A DNA stretch of 63,989 bases, filler included, from Catajapyx aquilonaris (Eukaryota): the NCBI GenBank assembly GCA_000934665.2. It is 3 parts of 3 records of this genome, joined end to end, with 100 filler letters (N's around TTAATTAATTAA, not from the genome) between each part and the next. Parts side by side here need not be neighbours in the genome. Positions count along the whole stretch, not along the records: positions 1 to 21,667 come from JYFJ02006010.1; 2 more parts are not named here. One strand, written 5' to 3'. The stretch's first letter is position 1; every line of letters begins with the position of its first letter. The notes under the pieces are model-generated. The model was not told where the DNA came from. It was given only the letters and a program-made list of their open reading frames with translations, and searched no databases. This document shows positions 1 to 14,766 of the stretch, piece by piece. Position numbers and translations under genes: made by a program.

Positions 1-3000
1 GGCTCAATATTTCTGCTTGTCATTCGCGCCGCTTGCTGCTGCCTTCACGTCGAGAGCAAAAGGCGCACAAGTTGGACTATAGCACTATATATGGTTGGAC
101 CAAAAATGGCGGTCGCACATACGCATGACCTACCAAACCCCATATACAATAAGGTGAGCCTCATATCTCCCATTCAGATGACCCTGTCTATATAGTGCAT
201 GATGGGTGAAGACAAATATTGTCTTATTCAAACGGTTTTGAAACATTTTGATCGCTAGTTTGGACCGGGGCTGGAATAAATGGAGGGTCCAACCTGAGGC
301 TAATTTATTCTTCCGCCATCGAGTCCCCCCTCCAATCACCTGGAGGCAGATAAGCCAAGCCCGGGAGCCGATTTATCCTTTGCGGGATAAGAGTGGCGCT
401 TGGGTTGGTTGTGGTGTGGTCGTAACTGTCCGGCGACGCCGACGACGCTTAATCTGGCCGACAAGAGGCGGTTCATGACGGATATTGTCGCTTCCTTTTC
501 CATCGACACTTGTGGCTTCAAACGGCCAACCATTCCCCTTCCCTCCCTGGCCATTCAAGATGGACAAGACAGAATAATGGCAGTAATAAAATAAAAAAAA
601 AACAGCGACAGAAGTAAAGGCAGCAGCAGCTTATCCGTCCGGCTGATCCTACTCGTAATACACCCTGTGAAATTGCATATATACAGTATAGTGCGGCTGA
701 ACGAAATGCAATCAACAGGGGGTTATATCAATTAAGCTGCGAGTTTATTGGCTGGGATTTCCAGCCTTATCCCGGAATAATTGACTTGCCACTTGTTCCT
801 CTCCAGTTGCGAAATTGGAGGGTAAAAGGGAGATGGGGGGTGTTTGTCATTAAAACCTTCCCCTGATGACTTTCGCATTACCGTAATTCGCTGCAATCAC
901 TCTGGCAGACGTTATTGCAATCGCTGCACCACTTGCTTAAATAATTATTATAAACAGCAGACTGTGACAACTTTTAGAGACATCACGATTTTCTTAGTAT
1001 TCTCTGACTATATTATCAGATATATCTACCGCAATATCTTCAGCTGTTCAAGTCTTTTGGACGCAGCCGCAACACCTTATTTTGCCCAGTTCCCGCCGCG
1101 CAGCGCTGGCTGTGCATAACCAATAATATATAGGATATAGTGTACAGCAGTTGTATCGCTGATTCCATTCATATCTGCCTATTGTGCTTCATTGTTTGAT
1201 GTAGTTTTGCGATTGTTGTATACTTGCATTGCAGTGTTTCTGATGACCCTGAGGAATGATTACTGCTACATCGTGCTGGGTATATGCATCAGCAGTACAT
1301 TTCGTTCTCGAAGCAAGAGCATCAGGACTGACTCGAAGCCCGAGAATTTATTATCCCTAGGCCTATAAAACACCTGCAGAAAATTGGGGAAGAAGCGCGC
1401 GGGTTTACAGCCTCCGGGCGGCGCAACAACAGCAGAGAGACAGAGATGCAGCTAATATATCCGGTTTAATACGTTACCGCAATAAATTTGACCTCTTCCT
1501 TAATTAGTCGCGTTGCCTGCAATGCACCTTGGGACTCATCTGACTCTATACTATAGTGGTGCCTATAAATGCGTTTGTCAATTGAGAAATTTGACTCTAT
1601 TTACATCTCTGCTGAGATGTATTCAACAATTGCAATTTTCTGTCACACTTATTGTATGTGCAAGTTTTTGTGCTGGACTGTTTTGGAATAAGGAGTCCCC
1701 GTGAGCCTTTAATCGCATGCAAAGGGGTATGTATAATTGGTTTGCATGCGATTAAAGGCTGATGATGGCGTGGCTCAGGCGGGGTCCTGTATATAGGGTC
1801 TCTCTGCCTCTAACACACCACGGCAGCTTATATTCCTCCCCCTCCCTCCCCCCTTCCACCATTTCCTACACTCGATGCAACAATAACTCTTTGGTTATTG
1901 CGCTGGCTTCCAACTCCAGTGCGGATCGTGTCCAAAGACACTACGTCAAACCGACCGCCGTGCCCTTTTCTTACACAATTTTTTTTAGGAAGGTGTGTGC
2001 CACCCCCCTTTTAACCCCTTTATTCTCCCCCACCATCCAACCAGCGCCGGTCCACTCCATTGACCCTGAACAATGACCACCTCCTCTTAACAGAAAATGA
2101 AGCACTTTATCAGAATAGATTGTTGCCAAATAAATCATTCCCGCCGGTGGCTGCGAACCTCCCATAAATTCACGGGGCTCGTGTAAATTGCGCCGGAGAA
2201 AACTTTTGCCGCCTATTATACAATCCAGAATAGAGCGCACCGCTGCATGGTGACACCTATCGCCAGAGAAGGGGTTTTTTTTAACGGGGTTAATTACACC
2301 TTACCAGTGACGCAACCTGGTTCGGTAAAATATTAGTAAACTGTGGGCGCTTTGAAAACAAAAAAATAGGTTGGGTGATGTAAATTGGTTTTGGTTGGAA
2401 GAGAGTCGAGGTGGGTTTAGATGGCGTTAGAAAGTAGCGGGGTCCTAAATTGAAAGCCCGGGTCCTCTCCTATCTCTCGGGCATCGTTATTTCGGGTGGC
2501 TCCTGAAGGTCTCTCCATTCATTTGCGGGCATCTCTATCCATCTGTTTGGTCATCATCAGCAGCCCCCGTCGGACTAGTTATAGCTTCCTTGCTGCATGG
2601 CTCCCAACTGGAATTGGTTGCAACCTTTTATTCATTCTCAGGGCAACGTCTCAATTAAGATATGGGCGTGAGGCGGAGGTGAGTTACCTCCGATGTCTTA
2701 TCGAAGACGCCTTGTAAATTTTCCACCGTTTGTTGTTAAATACGCCCCCCTTTCCATCCTGGTAGGCAGGTTCAAAAGGCAAGCATATAGGTGCAGCAGG
2801 GCCTGCAGATCAACTCCTATGATTTGTGGCTCTCTGACCCTGCCCAGGGCTCTTTTGTTTGTAGGCCTCTCTCGAGATTTATTTATATATATAAAAAATG
2901 AGGGCAGGGTGCTTCAGGGTGTGGGAAATGTATTCATGCAGCGTGTCCAAAAATCAAGTAGAATGTGTATACGTGTTGTTAAATGTCTATATGAAAATTG

Positions 3001-4535
3001 ACAATAATATTGATGCAAGTATTGTTTGCATAACAGCTGCATTTAAGGGACAATTTATTTTTTTTTGCGAATCAGAATCCCTTATGGTGAACCTGTTGCT
3101 TTTTGATTATGCGCAGGTAATTGTAATTGAACACCGTAATTTATAACAACTGTTATCACGGAGTAAATCTGGAGGGATTCCCTGCACAAGGCAAAAGCTG
3201 TTTAGCAATGCAAATTAATTGCTAGACCCGCGCTATTAGCCGGAAGAAAGTAACGTGATTATTATAAATGATAAAGTTCGAGTCGTAATTCCTGCCCGTT
3301 AGTGCGCTGCGCACTGTATGTACTGTATGTATACCTGATTAACCAACCCTTGGCTTGGAATTTTCGCACATAGTTGGGAAAACATTTTCGCGGCAATTGA
3401 CTCGCCATGCGTCGCATGATTTTGGTGTTTTACACCACGTTTTTTTCTGATGGGGATGCCTAATTAGCATATCATGAGGCAGGATTGGGGGGGAAAAAAA
3501 CCAGGCTCATTTGTGTAGAAGCAGGCTCGAGGCGAACCCAAGACGTTCAGAACAAGTTGAAGTAACGAGAGAAGTACACGAATTCTTGTCCACCATACCA
3601 CCAGGCGTCTTCCCCTCGAGTCATTAAGACACACTGGTCAGCGCACACACAAAAAAGGGAAACTTTTGAGAAAGAGAAAAAAATAGGTGGTGCAGAGGGA
3701 GGGTGGGTGGGGCTGGCTGGAATAAACGGGGGGGTAGAAAAGTCCACAATCAGGTTTGCGTTTTATGAGGACTTTTACAACCCATCAAGAAAAGGCGGGC
3801 GATTTATTCCCAGCCAGTTGGAGGAGGCAGCCAAAGCACCTCCTTCGCCCGGGACCCACGCATTAATTATTTTATTTATAATATCAGGGAGGGGGGGTCG
3901 CTCCCTCCTCCTCCTCCTCCTCCTTCCCCCATCCACCTTGCACCCGAAGTTTCCAAATGATGACATTGGCCCCCGGTGAGCTGATTGGGCTTGGAGGCAC
4001 AGGCAAAGGCATGTGTCAAGGAGAAGGGGGAAAGAGAAACAATGCCATCGATTGTGTTTATGTAGAGCAATGTTGACAGGCTGCATCTGATAGGCTACCT
4101 CGCATTTTCAGATGAGACTCTGACGTCTTTAAGGCTTTAATGAGCCGAGAAATCCAGCACATTAGATCCAACGAGTGAAGGAGGGAGCTTCAGACAGATG
4201 TGTGTGTGTGGAATTTCCAGACTGGAATCAGAGGAGGTGAGGGTCGGTTGGGGAGGTTAAAAAGACTGGAAGAAATGGGCCAAGTGTTTGCGCGAAACTT
4301 ACGACGTTGATCCTAATGGAATGCTGCGTTATATGTTGTAGTAAATAAAAGCGGTAATTCCAGTAGCCCTGTTGCGCTCGGGCCTTCTGTATACACAACA
4401 TGGAATGATAGATTTTAACGAGGTGGGGGCCTACCACATTTTTATGCCCATATTTGGTGCCCCTGTTGCACAGGATTAACTCCACTATATTCTCGAGCCT
4501 TCCCCTCTATATAGAGTGTTTGTAATCCGGGCCAG

Positions 4536-4620
4536 TGTACTATAACACGCGAAAAGATTGTCGCGCTGTCGCTTGTCGCGGACACCACAGTGCGACAATC
4601 TTTTCGTGTGTTATAGTACA
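4536..4620. repeat. ~85-bp near-perfect hairpin (MITE-like)
   Basis: TGTACTATAACACGCGAAAAGATTGTCGCGCTGT ... ACAGTGCGACAATCTTTTCGTGTGTTATAGTACA; ~34-bp inverted arms with 2 mismatches. Confidence 0.8.
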
Positions 4621-4723
4621 AGAGTGGGGAATTGTTCCGGGCCGTTTGTTCCGGGCGAAAAAGTAGATGGAAGTGGGCAAGCGACACGTCCGGTGATTGA
4701 TAGGCTGGGCGTCGAATCTGGCG

Positions 4724-4953
4724 TATATATACACAGCGCAGCATCCAGCAGCCAGTATATTGCAGGCAATCCGGAGGGGATCAGGAGTCCTCCGGGTTTT
4801 GATCCGGGTTCCATCCGAGTGGCGGATTAGAGGAGCGATCTGCTCGGCTGCCCCCCGGATTCCGATGACTCGCAATATGAGGCCCGGCCGTTTGTGTCCG
4901 GTCGGAGAGCACCCGGTGGTCATCTCCTGTCCCAGTCCGGTGGTCACTGGCCC
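4724..4953 (+). promoter_or_regulatory. Candidate TATA+Inr promoter and first exon
   Basis: TATATATA at 4724-4731; CAGT initiator-like motif at 4753-4756 (~30 nt downstream); GC-rich block ending at a CC|GTGAGC donor (4953/4954). Confidence 0.3.
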
Positions 4954-7900
4954 GTGAGCCCATTACCACTCTCATCTCTCTCTAGGGGGATTTTACCCCT
5001 GCTCCATCCCTCTGCATGGATGCATCATGCCGCTGCCCCTTCTGGTATATATATACACAATCGCTTCCAGGACATCGCCTCTGATGACCAACCGTTTCTT
5101 TCGCCTCTTATCTGCGCCTGCACTGCAGAATTTTTATGGATGACTCGGGATCAGCGTAACTGCGCCTGCAATGCCGACATCGTTTTTGCCAAACACTAAT
5201 CACAGATTCTCGCAAAAATTGAAACTGTGGACTGAAACCTTGTCGAATGTGCTGCGGAATGTTGGTTCATTCCCACGCAGCATGTACTATAAGGAGGGGG
5301 CGTATAAAGATCGTTTGCTGAGCCTAGCCTGGAGGGCAATGCAAGAATCGGCCCATTATTCCTCCTCTATATTGCTCCAGGCAGCCAGGCAATGAGCGGA
5401 TTGGAATTTTCATTGCCGCATTCGACCAGATTCGACCGTCGTTAGCTGCGGACTCTGATGAGGTTGCCTGGACATGTATTGTGTGGTTAGTGCTGGTCTT
5501 TTGGAGGATCATTCGTAGTACCGGTTGCAGCGTCGATCGGGAGGAGAAGAAGAAGAAGAAGAAGAGGGTTTGGTGGTCGGCAGTCCGTGTCCGCTCTCTG
5601 ATTGGACAGTGATGGATGAGGCTTGCTGGTGAGCCGCAATTATAGTGGGTTGGAAAGTGGTAAGAAAGAGCGTCCGTCAGCGCCCTGTCGGCCCCATTGG
5701 ACACGCCAGATGATCCTGGGGACTTGGGCGGAGTCCTGCACGCCTTCGTGATGCTTCAGCCTTCCCTTTTGCACTCTCCTCCTGATGATGCTGCCGGCTC
5801 CAAACTCAACTTACACATACCACCTCCAACTATACACCTAACCTACTTCATGATATGCCCAACACTCTGGTCTGCTGCGTACCTATACTGCGGCAATACC
5901 GCAGCCAGAACCGGCGGCGCTCCATTCGCTTCTAATTTATTGCGACGTGATTATACACCTACCCCCGGAATTAATTCCGCCGGTCACACAGAACTCCCTC
6001 GGGCCTGCTTGACACATATACTTTGTTCCTCACTACATTCTTGGAATCTGCATATTGGTGGGAACAACAATCGAGTATTAGGGCCTACTTGCTAAATGTC
6101 AATCGCGATGTTCCTCCTATAGTTTTTCCAGCTATTGTTTTATTATACTTTGATGATTCAGTTCAAAAGTTAAATAATGCGAACAGCTATAGTTTTTGGA
6201 GAAAATACTTGGAACAACATTTTGGTGAGCTTCGTGCAACTATTTTTCAATAAATTTCTTTCAACCTCGTCCTTTCTCCAGAGCCGTCTTTTTTTTCCTG
6301 ACTTGGCATGAACCATTTTCTTGTATGAGCCGGGGCGCCTCTTCCGATGGTTTCTTAGCCCGGGGAGCACTTCGTTATCCGCATAGCTGCAGTGTGAAAC
6401 CGAGTCCATTCGTTTAGCCTCCCAGATGGATTTATGTTATTGTAGATCACGGTCTGGAGGTACCGCCTTCTCTTCTCTCCCCAGCCGCAAAAATAATGCA
6501 TTTTTTTTACCCAGCCCCTTTCTTTTCTCTCTCACTCCAACCAAACTCTATAGGTTCTTTTCTTCTTCTTCATACACACAATCTCGGTCGTTGCTAACCC
6601 CAATAAAAGAGGCAACAAAGTCAAAGAAAGCATCGGTTTCAAATTGGCAAAAGGAAAGTCAGGAACAGGAAGGGGAACAGGTATTTTTTCCATTACTTTT
6701 TTTCTCCTTCTTCTAAAAGAGCCTCCCCCCCATCATCCATCCTTTCCACCCGAACTCACAGATAACGCGTGACTGAATAAGTGTTACTCTCCATGTAAGC
6801 CCCGGAATATTTCTTGCGTTCTTAAACTATTGCCCGGCGATTAAGGCCATTATCAAAATCAAAGCGATTTATTTGGCGATTCATGCTTGAGGTACCGCCA
6901 TTATTGCAGTGTAAACCTCTTCCATGCCACCGACCGTGCCAAAGAACCTCTATTTCACAGGAAAAACTAACCTGTACAAATAAATTGCAATCTTAAATGT
7001 GGGCGTGTCATATAAAGGATATCTCATGGGAAAAGCAACATTTGCGCAAATAATTTATTATGGTCTTAAAGGTCACGTAACTTAGATTGGTCGATTCCGG
7101 CTCTCCTGCTGCTGCGCATCCAGTGCAAAAAAATGAAGCTAAATTACTTGAAATTACTTCCAGAGCCATTCCACCGTCAATCTGCCTAAACATTTACAGT
7201 ACAAGAATATTTTTTGCGAGCAGTATAAAAAGTCACACTGTATCAGAAATTGCAACATTTTGACCAAACTGACTGGCACGCTTTGCTGAAAGCAAGGGAG
7301 GGAATGGCTTGTATGTATTTATGTGAATGAGGGTTGCCCCCATCAGCAGTCCTCATTTTGAATAAAGCAGTTTGAATGCATCAAAAGACTTTTCTCTTTC
7401 TTTCTTTCTTTGTTTGGATTGTGGGGTGGGGGAGAGAGCCGAGTGTCGGCGAATTGAGACGAAGCGGATATATATTTCCCCATGATAATTTCATTCCGGT
7501 AGCGAGATGGGAGAAGGATGGCCTGAGCCCGTCGTCCATCTTCTTCATACGCCTCTCTGACACCTGTAATGGGAATCCCTTCTGCGAGCCCCCCAGAGTA
7601 TTATTATGCCCTACCCCAGCAGACCTCTTTTCTACCGAATTCCTTTTCTGATGGTCCTGAGCCTCCAGCAGCAAAAAGGGAAAAGAAAAAGCGAGAGAAA
7701 TATCCAGCATGATGCCGGCTCTCCATAAAGCATATATGTATGACCTTTTTGTTTTGACTGCGGAGTGAATTGTAAGGCTGCGAGACAGTTACTAAATTGC
7801 TTTGCCTGCATTATTATTGAAGCGGCTTGCTCTGCTGGTCGTTATTTCAGTTTGCAGCAGGGACCCAGTGTGTGGGTGTTGTCCGTTACCAATCGAGCCA

Positions 7901-10900
7901 CAGCCAGCCAGCCAAAAGCGGGGGGGTTATGCCAGAAGTACACGACCGCGACCCAAAATTGGTGCGAGCAAGTCCTCATGAATTATCCGGTTGACATTGC
8001 TTGCAGCTACCGCACACGGAGACGCCCATCAGTTATTGGGGGGTGAGGGATATGCCCTGCCCTATATGCACGTGTACCCTGATGTGTAACACCACTTTCC
8101 AATTTGGTGCATGGCCTAGAACTCATTACAGGCTACTGGAGGTAATTGCACAACTGTACCCTAATGCAAAAGGACACAAATGCGATTGGAAAATTTGATT
8201 TTGTCTTCAGAACCATTGTTAGATACAGTTGACACCACCAAGTTAGGGTGAAGGATGTTTGAATGATATAAATATATGAACCTTGGTCATAATAAATGAC
8301 GGCTTGAAATGCAATACGAGCATACTACCATTTTGGTTGAAATTGAGTTAGGCCTTCGAAGGGTAGGCCATTTTCTCATGGTCAAATCAGATTTCAGATG
8401 GACAAATTACGTCGCTCTGGAGACATTTTTTAATGAATTTTTTCCCATATTAGGGATCATGCGACCTTCAAATCTTCATATCTCGAAATAAATCGAGTGT
8501 GACACTGCCATTTTTCCATTTCAGATCTTCACACATGAATAATCACGCATATAATGTTATTTTCGAGACACGTACTTGCCGACACTTGCATATCATCCTC
8601 CTCGATGTGAGCAATGGGGAAGTAGCCTTCATTTTGGAAACTACATAATAAATTCGCCCATATCTTTTGGATTTTTTGGCATATTCCGTTTTAAGATATC
8701 AGTTTCAGTTCCGGAGATATTGGCGTTTTTTCGTAGGCAAATGGTGGCGTCACTGTTTGCCTGGAAAATGTTGACGTCACGCGAAGTGAAATGAACGCAA
8801 AAATGGTGTTATAGAACGCACCCCGTCATTGTTGTAAAATGCTTCGCTGTTGTTAGCAACCGTCCCATTCCGTGAGCAAGATAGCGGCCGGGGCGCGTAT
8901 TTATTCCAGGCCGCTCAGGTCGCTTTTGTGCTGACAGTGGTGCCAACTGGTAGGAATTATCTGTCACCCGAATTCGGCACATGAAGGCCCCTTTTCTCCA
9001 CCTCGATGGCCTACAGCCGCCTTGCGAATGCTTTCCGTCGTGTCCGCGGTTAATTCAAAGTCAAATTCCTCATATCTCGCAGTCAACCAGGCATTTCAGT
9101 GCACCCTTTCGATTGGCACCACCCGGCTATCTCCATTTTTCCCGCCAATTTTGAAGGCACTTTTAAATGTGCCGTAATTTATCCAGTAATGTCATTTTGA
9201 TGCAACAAAGTGATGGAATGTATGTTTACAGGCATGGGCTAGCTAGTTATGAACAAAAATCCCAAATCCCAGACCAAGGCTACTTCCCCATTACTTTATT
9301 ACAATAATTCAATTTTCTGTGGAAAAATTGCACATGTCCCTTTATCTCAGCTGCGTCACAACTGCATTAATGATAAATTTTGGAACATTTTATTATTTTC
9401 AAAGGTTGAATGTCCATTTATATGCAGAGAGGTGGGGACAGGGCTGGTTCGCGTGCATTTTTATCACAATTATAAATTAATAGGCGTATAAAACTTGTGT
9501 TCTCGAACGAAGGTTTGCATGCTCTCTGCAGCATGACAGGAGAAATAGGCCCTGCCAATCAGGAGTCTCAGGGGGAGGAAGATAGGAGGGGGGNGGGGGG
9601 GGAACGACGTGAGAACGTGAGTTGATATTGGCTGGGTTCCATTACTAATCTGGCCGCGAAGAATATTGCATGTCATAGAATTGCCATTTTTTCTACAATC
9701 AATTCTCGTTGGTGTAAGTAACAAAGCTATATATGCACACATTTTGTATCGGATTTTATATTCACAGTAAGTGCTGCAATATAGTGAATCAGTGCACAAT
9801 AAATACTACCATGTAGCCTCCTCACACCTTTAAAAGAGATGAAACACTGAATAATTGAAATAATTTTTCAAGTCTACGTTTCGCTCAATTTGTGAAGTAC
9901 TATTTTGTGCAACCTTGAACATCGTTATCATTGTATTGAATGCTTTTGACAGTTTCATTTAGCCGTATAGGCCTGATCAATATTTGAGTGGCAATTTCAT
10001 CAAACATTGGGAACTTGCCTTTGAACTTGGTTCATTTCTTATACTCATACAACGGCTAAAAGTGAGTCGGGAAACTGTTGTTGTTCACTTGTTTGGAACA
10101 CAAATATTTTTCCCACAATTTGGAACGAGGGAAATAATAATTATGCATGAAGTAGGCATGCAATGAATAATGATCGTTGTTGATTCGTTTCGTACGTATT
10201 CAAATTATTTCATGCGATGACAAAAATATTGTTCTCGGTATACAGGATGGTAATGAAATCCTTTGCTTTACAGGTTGGAGTGGGTGCTGGTCAAGTATAG
10301 GTGAAAATGCTCGAGTGAGTTTCACAGCGAGCGTCCCACGTATGTGATGGGACGTGGTCTGCTGTCTTCCAAATGTAATGGTAATAATGATGATACAGGC
10401 CTGGAGTGTTGCATGGCTGTGCAATGAGAGGAGCAGGAACCATGAAAGTTAATTTATTATCCCGGTGGTTCGCAGGGGCCTCCTCCTCCCCTACAGAAAA
10501 TTATCAAACTGTGACGAAGCTACTTCCCCGGCCGATAAGCTAGTTTATCTGGGCCTCCATCTGCTGCTTATTAAAGATAATCGTAATGGGCTGCTTAGAC
10601 GCTGCTCTCTTAACCCCAAACCAGCCGCTTATTAGCCCCGACCCTGTTTCAGAGGCCCCACTCTCATCGTCACTCCCACTATTTTTTTATATAAAAAAAT
10701 AATCATTTCCCAAAGCATTTCTTGGCCCGAGTCACTGTATATAGAGCTGATGGTGACGTCAGGCCGAGTGAGACATTCGTGTCAATATGTTATATACAAC
10801 TAGCTCTGAAACTGATGGGACAGATTGATCAGGCAGCAGCAGCGACTGCAGCACTTTCCCACAAAGCCGCTTGCCGCACCGAGCATAAATTATTATCTCT

Positions 10901-13900
10901 CCGCATGCTCATTGTTGGGTGTTGTTGTTGTCAGATTTATGGGGGGGTCTCGGCCAATTAGCCAGCCATCTTGTACGTAGTGTTGCGCTGCTTTGCGAAA
11001 TTGTTGATTGGATGATATACAAGACCGTGTTGGAATGAGTCCAATGCGGGTGTATAGCCTAATATATTATATATTTCACCTGGATATAGACATGTGTAAG
11101 TAATCAAAATTACAAAAAAACTAGCATCGCGACGTCTATATTCAGCGCAATTAACGTGAGAGAAATATTTGTCATATGGCCGTTATGAGCGATCATATAA
11201 TAAACATTGTGCTGATTATTGGGCATAATAATTGTAAAGTAATATCCGCAAATTGGAGCAACAGATTTACAGATTTCTCATTGTAATACACACGCAACAT
11301 GACAATAACAGCAGATGCATATTTCGAGCACGAAACAACCATCATGGAACCTTATTCTGCAATGTATTGGTCGTAAATATTTAATCATTTGCACATGTAA
11401 TAAACCAGCCATGTTGTAGACTGAAAGCTTCATATTAATTGCTGGACAAACGTGGTTCGAAATGCCCTTACTATTTTAGGGTCTGGAAATTCAGCATAAA
11501 TGAAGCGAAAGATTTGTGTCACGAAGCATGAGAGGAGACAGGAAAATTTAGTGTCCCCTCCTCCGATGTCCGCTTGCTGAGGGGGGCTCCTTGTGCATAT
11601 AACCAACCAGGAGCGGATTTGAATGGCTCCATAAAAATAGCATCTACCTCGTTAATTCCCGAAACACTACAATAAATTCCACAAGATGTTCTGCGAAATG
11701 CCTCCCAAAATTTGTCCCCTTCTCGAATATATATCACTTAGGCCTACTGGATGCATCGCTCCAGGCTCACCTTATGGGTTGTGCCCCAAGTCCTATATTG
11801 TGATTCTTCCAATGATGTGAGAAAATGTCAACTCGAATTGAAAATACAAGTATATTGGGATGCTTCACAATATGGTTTAGCTGGAACAATCCTTCATGTT
11901 CCCCCAAAAAATGCGTGTAGCCCACAAGATTGTTTCTCAATCCACAGGAATGTATGTCGTAACCGCAAAATGCGCTACAGGGTGTAACGGAACGCTCTAA
12001 TCCGAGATGGCCCTGTAACTATGCAATAATAACTGTAGGTCCATCGAGGAATATATCAGGTGAGGTTGTGGTGAGAATGGTGGGGGTGGTTGTGGTGAGG
12101 TGGGGGAGAGATATATGGAAGAGTCCCGTTGCCCGCTTCATTCCCGCCGATGCAAGATGACGATCAGGATTGAGTCACGACCAAGGTTATAGCCTGGCAT
12201 ATAGGTGTGTTTGGTCTTCATCTTTTTTCTCCAGCCATCACCATCAGGAGGGTCCGTCCGGCCTGAAGAACCTTCCTCGTCCATTATTGGCCGTGACGCC
12301 TGATGCCAGGAGTTTTTGGGAGTGACACCGGGCCTCACCTGGGCTAATTGGGATCCCCGGGCTTAATTGGCGGCGTGGGCTTCGGTCGTGGCCAACTTAT
12401 GCTAATTGTCCCAAGTGCTGCATGGACTTGGAGGAGTCTCGCGGGGTTATAATAGTCTGTCGATAAAGGCAAAGGCATGCAGGGCTCTCGGGGGTCAAGA
12501 CGCAAGCGCCCCTCTGATGCCTGTGCAATGAACGTCCTCTCTCAATTCCTCTTTAGCATGTGCTGCTGCTGTCCAGATTGCTGATTGGCTTAGGGAACCT
12601 AACTAACTGCGTACATACTCTTTTACTTTCCTTTTTTCACCCTTATTTATTGCCGCCTGACATGCCATTTCGACCTCTCAGAGGAGTCTTGCGCTTGCAC
12701 AAGGATCTGCGTACTTTGCCAGAGGTGCTGCATGTTTTTTTGTCCAATATTGATGAAAATAAGACGTTTGCTGGAAAATATTGTACAGGGTTTGGAAATT
12801 ATGCAGGACCGGTTGTATGAACACAAATTAAGGGGAAATCTCTCGATTATTATGTTCAGGTATTTCCTGAATATCAGTCTGTACAACCAGCCCTATAAAG
12901 TTTGCCAATGAATTACCTTATGTAGTGCGAGGAAGAAGAAGAAAAAACACGAACGGAAAAATTTCAATCCTCCTGCCAAGTACGAACTCTATACAAATAT
13001 TTGAGCAAACAGTGCTGATGAAATTGGAACAGATTTTAAATCCTCCCGTCTTGTTTTCTTAAATCTGACTTTTATGAACCGGACAGGACAACTAATTTTT
13101 TTTTGACCCGACTCGTTGTCTAAGAATTGTCCTAATTATGCGGTTGCGATGCACGTCAAACTAATGAACATCCCAGGACACGCTTGCCTTGCCAAATGAC
13201 ACCACACAAACTAGCTGGCTCTGCACAAAACGCTCCCATAACACGACTTTTTTTTTGTTGCACCAGTAAACTCCTCTAGATAAAAAGGTACGCACAATGG
13301 ACACCCCATCGTTAATCAGGAGAAAGCCCGCCCCCCCTCTCTGCCAAATAAGAAGAACGAAAAAACAAGAGCATACCCGAGAGATAATGCACCTCCTGTA
13401 CTTTTGTCCAATTAAATGGCAGGCGCAAAAACTAGATGAAAATCTGCGAGAGAGCCGGAGAGTTCCGCACTCATTTGTGACGTCAGCGCCGATGGTTTTC
13501 TCGAGGATGGGATTTTTGTAGGATGGTGGGGGTATAGAAGGAGAGGGGGGGTATATACAACAAGTTGCATGGGTTCACTCTGTGTGGCCAAGGCGGGTTG
13601 ATGAGTATCGGTGCGAGGACACGACTCGGCCATTGTGTGCAAAGGAGGGGCATAATCAAGCTGAAATCCTTACCCCCCCATCCCTCCCTCCTTGTTGTGC
13701 CCCATACCTTCCCTAAAGAAGTGGCCATGCAATTACCTTATTAAGAGCCAACAAGCAAGTTGGGGCCGAAACGAGGTAATTTCGGTCCTCTTGGCATCTT
13801 CATCCCCTCCTTTCTACAAAGTAAAAAAAAAAAGAAGCAGAGGAGGGAGGGTGGGAGGGATGGGAGAAGAAGAAAAAAAATGTGGTCGTCTTGTATATAA

Positions 13901-14592
13901 TATAGTGAGGGATTAAGACATCCTGGACCGGGATGGGTCGTGGCAAATTTCGATAATCAGAGGGGGATAGGAAAACGGCTGGTAATAAGTTGATTGACCC
14001 TGGTTCTGGGTTTTTGGGAAGGGAATGAGATCATTATAAAAGCGGGGCTGCAATCTTGCTTGCCAAGGAAGGATCCCACAGCATCTTTTTTTTTGGCTGA
14101 CCAATAACTCATGGGCCGGACACATGTGAGGTTTTGCATCAAGGTGCTGCGGTGCAGATTGGAGGCGGCTGAGGGGGAGCAGCATGCTGGAGAAAATGTA
14201 TTTTTGGGCAAGTCATCGCCGGCTGATTACGTTCCTTGTGGGCCACACACTTTCATTGCCTACTCATCAGAATGGAAATGGGAGCATGCGGGGGGTAAAA
14301 GACGCAAAATGGGGGAGGGAGGAGGAGGAGGAGACTGTTGCCGGGCCAGAGGGTGGGAGGGCTCGCAACAAACATGCATCGCAGCATACGCCTTCCAAAT
14401 AATCTGCACCCGACTTTTTTTTCAGAAGCAGGAATGCTATAGGCCCTATCATCAGAATCTCAAGTCAACCATAGTTACACGAATTTCGACTGATCTGTCA
14501 ATTGTTGCCGTAACAAAGTGTTTCCCAGACCGCCAGACGACAATGTAAAAACACATCAGAAACTGAATTTTGTACGGTAACATTTTTTGCAA

Positions 14593-14692
14593 GGTACTCC
14601 GGTGTACACCTGAAGTGATACTCCCAGGTACTCCTTAGGTACCTTATAGGCTACTCTTTGGTACTCCTTGAATTTGGTACTCCAGTGTACAC
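14593..14692. repeat. Short degenerate tandem array of GGTACTCC-like units
   Basis: Repeated ggtactcc/gatactcc/ggtacctt/gctactct units, with gtgtacac near both ends. Confidence 0.5.
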
Positions 14693-14766
14693 TTTACAGT
14701 CGAGTGGTTACCCCCTTGCTTTTTTGTTTCCATAACATTTTTTTTGGAAGCACAGTCTAAGGGGGC

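Noticed and set aside
8935..9124. CAGTGGTGCCAA / TTGGCACCACCC inverted pair (hAT-like MITE)
   Set aside because: Short imperfect TIR with no 8-bp TSD and no second copy in the window
14593..14692. Regularly spaced short repeats suggestive of a CRISPR array
   Set aside because: Units are ~8 bp with short irregular spacers, in a eukaryotic context with no cas genes
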